This document shows positions 61,455 to 64,000 of a stretch of 64,000 bases of DNA, piece by piece (position 1 is the stretch's first letter; each line of letters opens with the position of its first letter). The stretch covers positions 928,001-992,000 of the forward strand of contig OY970323.1 of the NCBI GenBank assembly GCA_963716985.1. Direction: 5' to 3'. Origin of the DNA: an uncultured bacterium (GTDB lineage: Bacteria > Chlamydiota > Chlamydiia > Chlamydiales > SM23-39). The translations under genes were made by a program, and so were the position numbers. Below the pieces are notes generated by a model. That model saw nothing but the letters and a program-made list of their open reading frames with translations. It was not told where the DNA came from and searched no databases.

Positions 61455-64000
61455 ATGTTAAAAAAACCCCCTCTAAGGGTGAGTTTTCGGGAAAGAGAAG
61501 AGATCATAGATCTTCCGAATTTGATTGAAATCCAGATGAAGTCCTATCGTCAATTTTTACAGGCGCACCTTCTTCCCCATGAAAGGGAGAATGTGGGACT
61601 TCAAGAGGTCTTTACCGAAATCTTCCCGATCAAGTCTTACGACGAAAAAACGAATCTCGAGTTTCTTTCCTATCACTTGGGAGAGCCCAAATATTCTCCG
61701 GAAGAATGCATTCGTCGGGGCATTACCTACAATGTGACCCTAAAGGTCAAATTTCGCTTGACCGACGAGACGGGAATTAAAGAAGAAGAAGTCTACATGG
61801 GAACGATTCCCTTGATGACGGACCAGGGCACTTTTGTCATTAATGGCGCAGAACGCGTCATTGTGTCTCAGCTGCATCGCTCTCCCGGAATTTCCTTTGA
61901 AAAAGAGCGCCATCCTAAAGGCGTTTTGCTCTATTCCTTCCGGATTATCCCCTATCGAGGAGGCTGGTTAGAGGCAGCTTTTGACATGAACGATCTGATC
62001 TATGTGTTCATAGATCGCAAGAAAAAAAGAAGAAAGATTTTAGCGACCTCTTTTGTGCGCACATTGGGATATTCTTCCGATGCCGACATTATGGAAGAGT
62101 TTTTTGCTACCCAGCGCATTAAAATCAAATCGGAAAAAGATTTTGTCAAGCTTGTTGGAAAGATACTCGCAGAAGACGTAGTCGATGAAAAAACGGGCCT
62201 TGTCTATGGTAAGGCCGCTGAAAAACTGACGACGGCGATGTTAAAACGCATGTTGGATGAGGGAATCACCAGCGTCTGCATTGCTGAGGAGATCGATGAG
62301 ACCCATCCGATCATCAAAATGATTGCAAAAGATCCTACCGATTCCTACGAATCGGCATTGAAGGATTTCTATAGAAAAATTCGTCCCGGCGAACCGGCCA
62401 CTCTTTCGAATGCCAGATCCGCCATCATGCGCATGTTTTTCGATCCTAAGCGCTATAATTTGGGCCGCGTGGGACGCTTTAAGATGAATAGCAAGCTGGG
62501 CGTTGCTGTTACCGAAGAAGAATTGAAAATTCTGACGTTAAAAAAAGAAGACGTAATCGAAGCTCTGAAATATCTCATTCGTCTGAAAACGGGAGATAAA
62601 AAGGTGGCTATCGATGATATCGACCATCTGGGAAATCGAAGGGTTCGATCGGTGGGAGAATTGATCCAGAATCAGTGCCGCATCGGTCTTGCCCGTATGG
62701 AGAAGATCATTAAAGAGCGCATGAATCTCTTTGATTTTTCCTCCGATACCATGACGCCCGGAAAAATTGTTTCTGCGAAGGGACTGGCGGGCGTTTTGAA
62801 GGACTTCTTCGGAAGATCTCAGCTCTCCCAGTTTATGGATCAGACCAATCCTGTGTCCGAACTTACCCACAAACGAAGGCTTTCTTGTCTGGGACCCGGC
62901 GGTCTCAATCGAGAACGCGCCGGCTTTGAAGTGCGCGACGTTCACTCCTCTCACTATGGAAGGATCTGCCCCATTGAAACGCCCGAGGGCCCGAATATTG
63001 GTTTGATTACCTCTCTCTCCTCTTATGGAAAGATCAATGAATTTGGCTTTATCGAAACTCCCTATCGCATCGTTCGCGAGGGCACGGTCACGGAAGAGAT
63101 AGAATATATGACCGCGGATCGAGAAGAAGAGTGCGTGATTGCTCAAGCGAGCGCGCCGCTGGACGAGTATCATAGGTTCAAAAATCCCATCTGCTGGGCC
63201 CGCTTTCACGGAGAGCCGCTGGAAATTGAAACGACTCGCGTCACCCACATGGACGTTTCTCCGAAGCAGATGGTGTCGATTGTTGCCGGACTGATCCCGT
63301 TTCTCGAGCATGATGATGCAAACCGCGCTTTGATGGGCTCAAACATGCAAAGGCAGGCCGTTCCTCTTCTCAAAACGGAAGCTCCGATTGTCGGAACAGG
63401 TCTCGAAGCCCGATCGGCCAGAGACTCCGGAGCGGTGGTGGTTGCTGAAGAAGATGGAAAAGTGGAATATGTCGACGGTTTTAGAATCGAGGTTGCATCG
63501 AAGCGCAATCCGCTGAATAAGAAGCTCTATTTCTTAAAGAAATTCATGAAATCCAATTCGGGCACCTGCCTGAATCAAACGCCTATTTGTTCGGTCGGGG
63601 ATGTCATAAAAGCAGGAGATATCATTGCCGACGGTTCTTCGACGGATCGCGGGGAGATTGCTCTTGGAAAGAATGCGCTTGTCGCTTTCATGCCCTGGTG
63701 CGGATACAACTTTGAGGATGCGATCATCATTTCCGAAAAGTTGATCATCGAAGATGCCTATACTTCGATTTACTTGGAAGAATTTGAATTAACGGCGCGT
63801 GATACCAAGCTGGGAAAAGAAGAGATTACGAGGGATATTCCCAATGTTTCCGACGAGGCGCTTGCCAATCTCGGGGAAGATGGAATCATCCGCATTGGTG
63901 CGGAAGTAAAGCCCGGCGACATTTTGGTCGGAAAAATCACTCCGAAATCCGAAACAGAGCTTTCTCCGGAAGAAAGGCTTCTTCGCGCTATTTTTGGTGA
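61455..64000 (+). CDS. rpoB: RNA polymerase beta subunit (partial)
   Basis: [11 protein letters not shown]...[38 protein letters not shown]; runs off the window end. Confidence 0.98.
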   Translation, partial: MLKKPPLRVSFREREEIIDLPNLIEIQMKSYRQFLQAHLLPHERENVGLQEVFTEIFPIKSYDEKTNLEFLSYHLGEPKYSPEECIRRGITYNVTLKVKFRLTDETGIKEEEVYMGTIPLMTDQGTFVINGAERVIVSQLHRSPGISFEKERHPKGVLLYSFRIIPYRGGWLEAAFDMNDLIYVFIDRKKKRRKILATSFVRTLGYSSDADIMEEFFATQRIKIKSEKDFVKLVGKILAEDVVDEKTGLVYGKAAEKLTTAMLKRMLDEGITSVCIAEEIDETHPIIKMIAKDPTDSYESALKDFYRKIRPGEPATLSNARSAIMRMFFDPKRYNLGRVGRFKMNSKLGVAVTEEELKILTLKKEDVIEALKYLIRLKTGDKKVAIDDIDHLGNRRVRSVGELIQNQCRIGLARMEKIIKERMNLFDFSSDTMTPGKIVSAKGLAGVLKDFFGRSQLSQFMDQTNPVSELTHKRRLSCLGPGGLNRERAGFEVRDVHSSHYGRICPIETPEGPNIGLITSLSSYGKINEFGFIETPYRIVREGTVTEEIEYMTADREEECVIAQASAPLDEYHRFKNPICWARFHGEPLEIETTRVTHMDVSPKQMVSIVAGLIPFLEHDDANRALMGSNMQRQAVPLLKTEAPIVGTGLEARSARDSGAVVVAEEDGKVEYVDGFRIEVASKRNPLNKKLYFLKKFMKSNSGTCLNQTPICSVGDVIKAGDIIADGSSTDRGEIALGKNALVAFMPWCGYNFEDAIIISEKLIIEDAYTSIYLEEFELTARDTKLGKEEITRDIPNVSDEALANLGEDGIIRIGAEVKPGDILVGKITPKSETELSPEERLLRAIFG

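Noticed and set aside
1..64000. CRISPR array or cas genes
   Set aside because: No repeat-spacer array was seen. The periodic repeats are iterons or coding repeats.

Overview
This window comes from a Chlamydiota (environmental chlamydia-like) chromosome, judged from the infA-tRNA-Thr-tuf-tRNA-Trp-secE-nusG-rplKAJL-rpoB order and the chlamydial-type proteins. Bases 1-42080 are two tandem integrative elements at a CAT-anticodon tRNA (42034-42107, minus strand), whose displaced 3' half lies at 12713-12760. Element A (window start to ~12760) carries integrase-HP-Xis-DUF927 plus a SNF2-helicase/Mod/Res (type III RM-like) operon. That operon is broken twice at CTAG sites, by an IS1634-family IS and by a 94-bp MITE. 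Element B (~29 kb) carries defence/TA-like genes and a second int-HP-Xis-Rep module with an 11-bp-phased iteron array. It also carries a ~20-kb hexose-phosphate/glycogen/phosphoketolase-acetate cluster, which includes an aldolase-PGI fusion and a P3A H+-ATPase whose tail contains a phosphoketolase-derived peptide. Right of the tRNA are a candidate structured RNA, an RND efflux operon, an exported deaminase and core genes. All calls come from reading the sequence and recognising motifs; no database searches were run.
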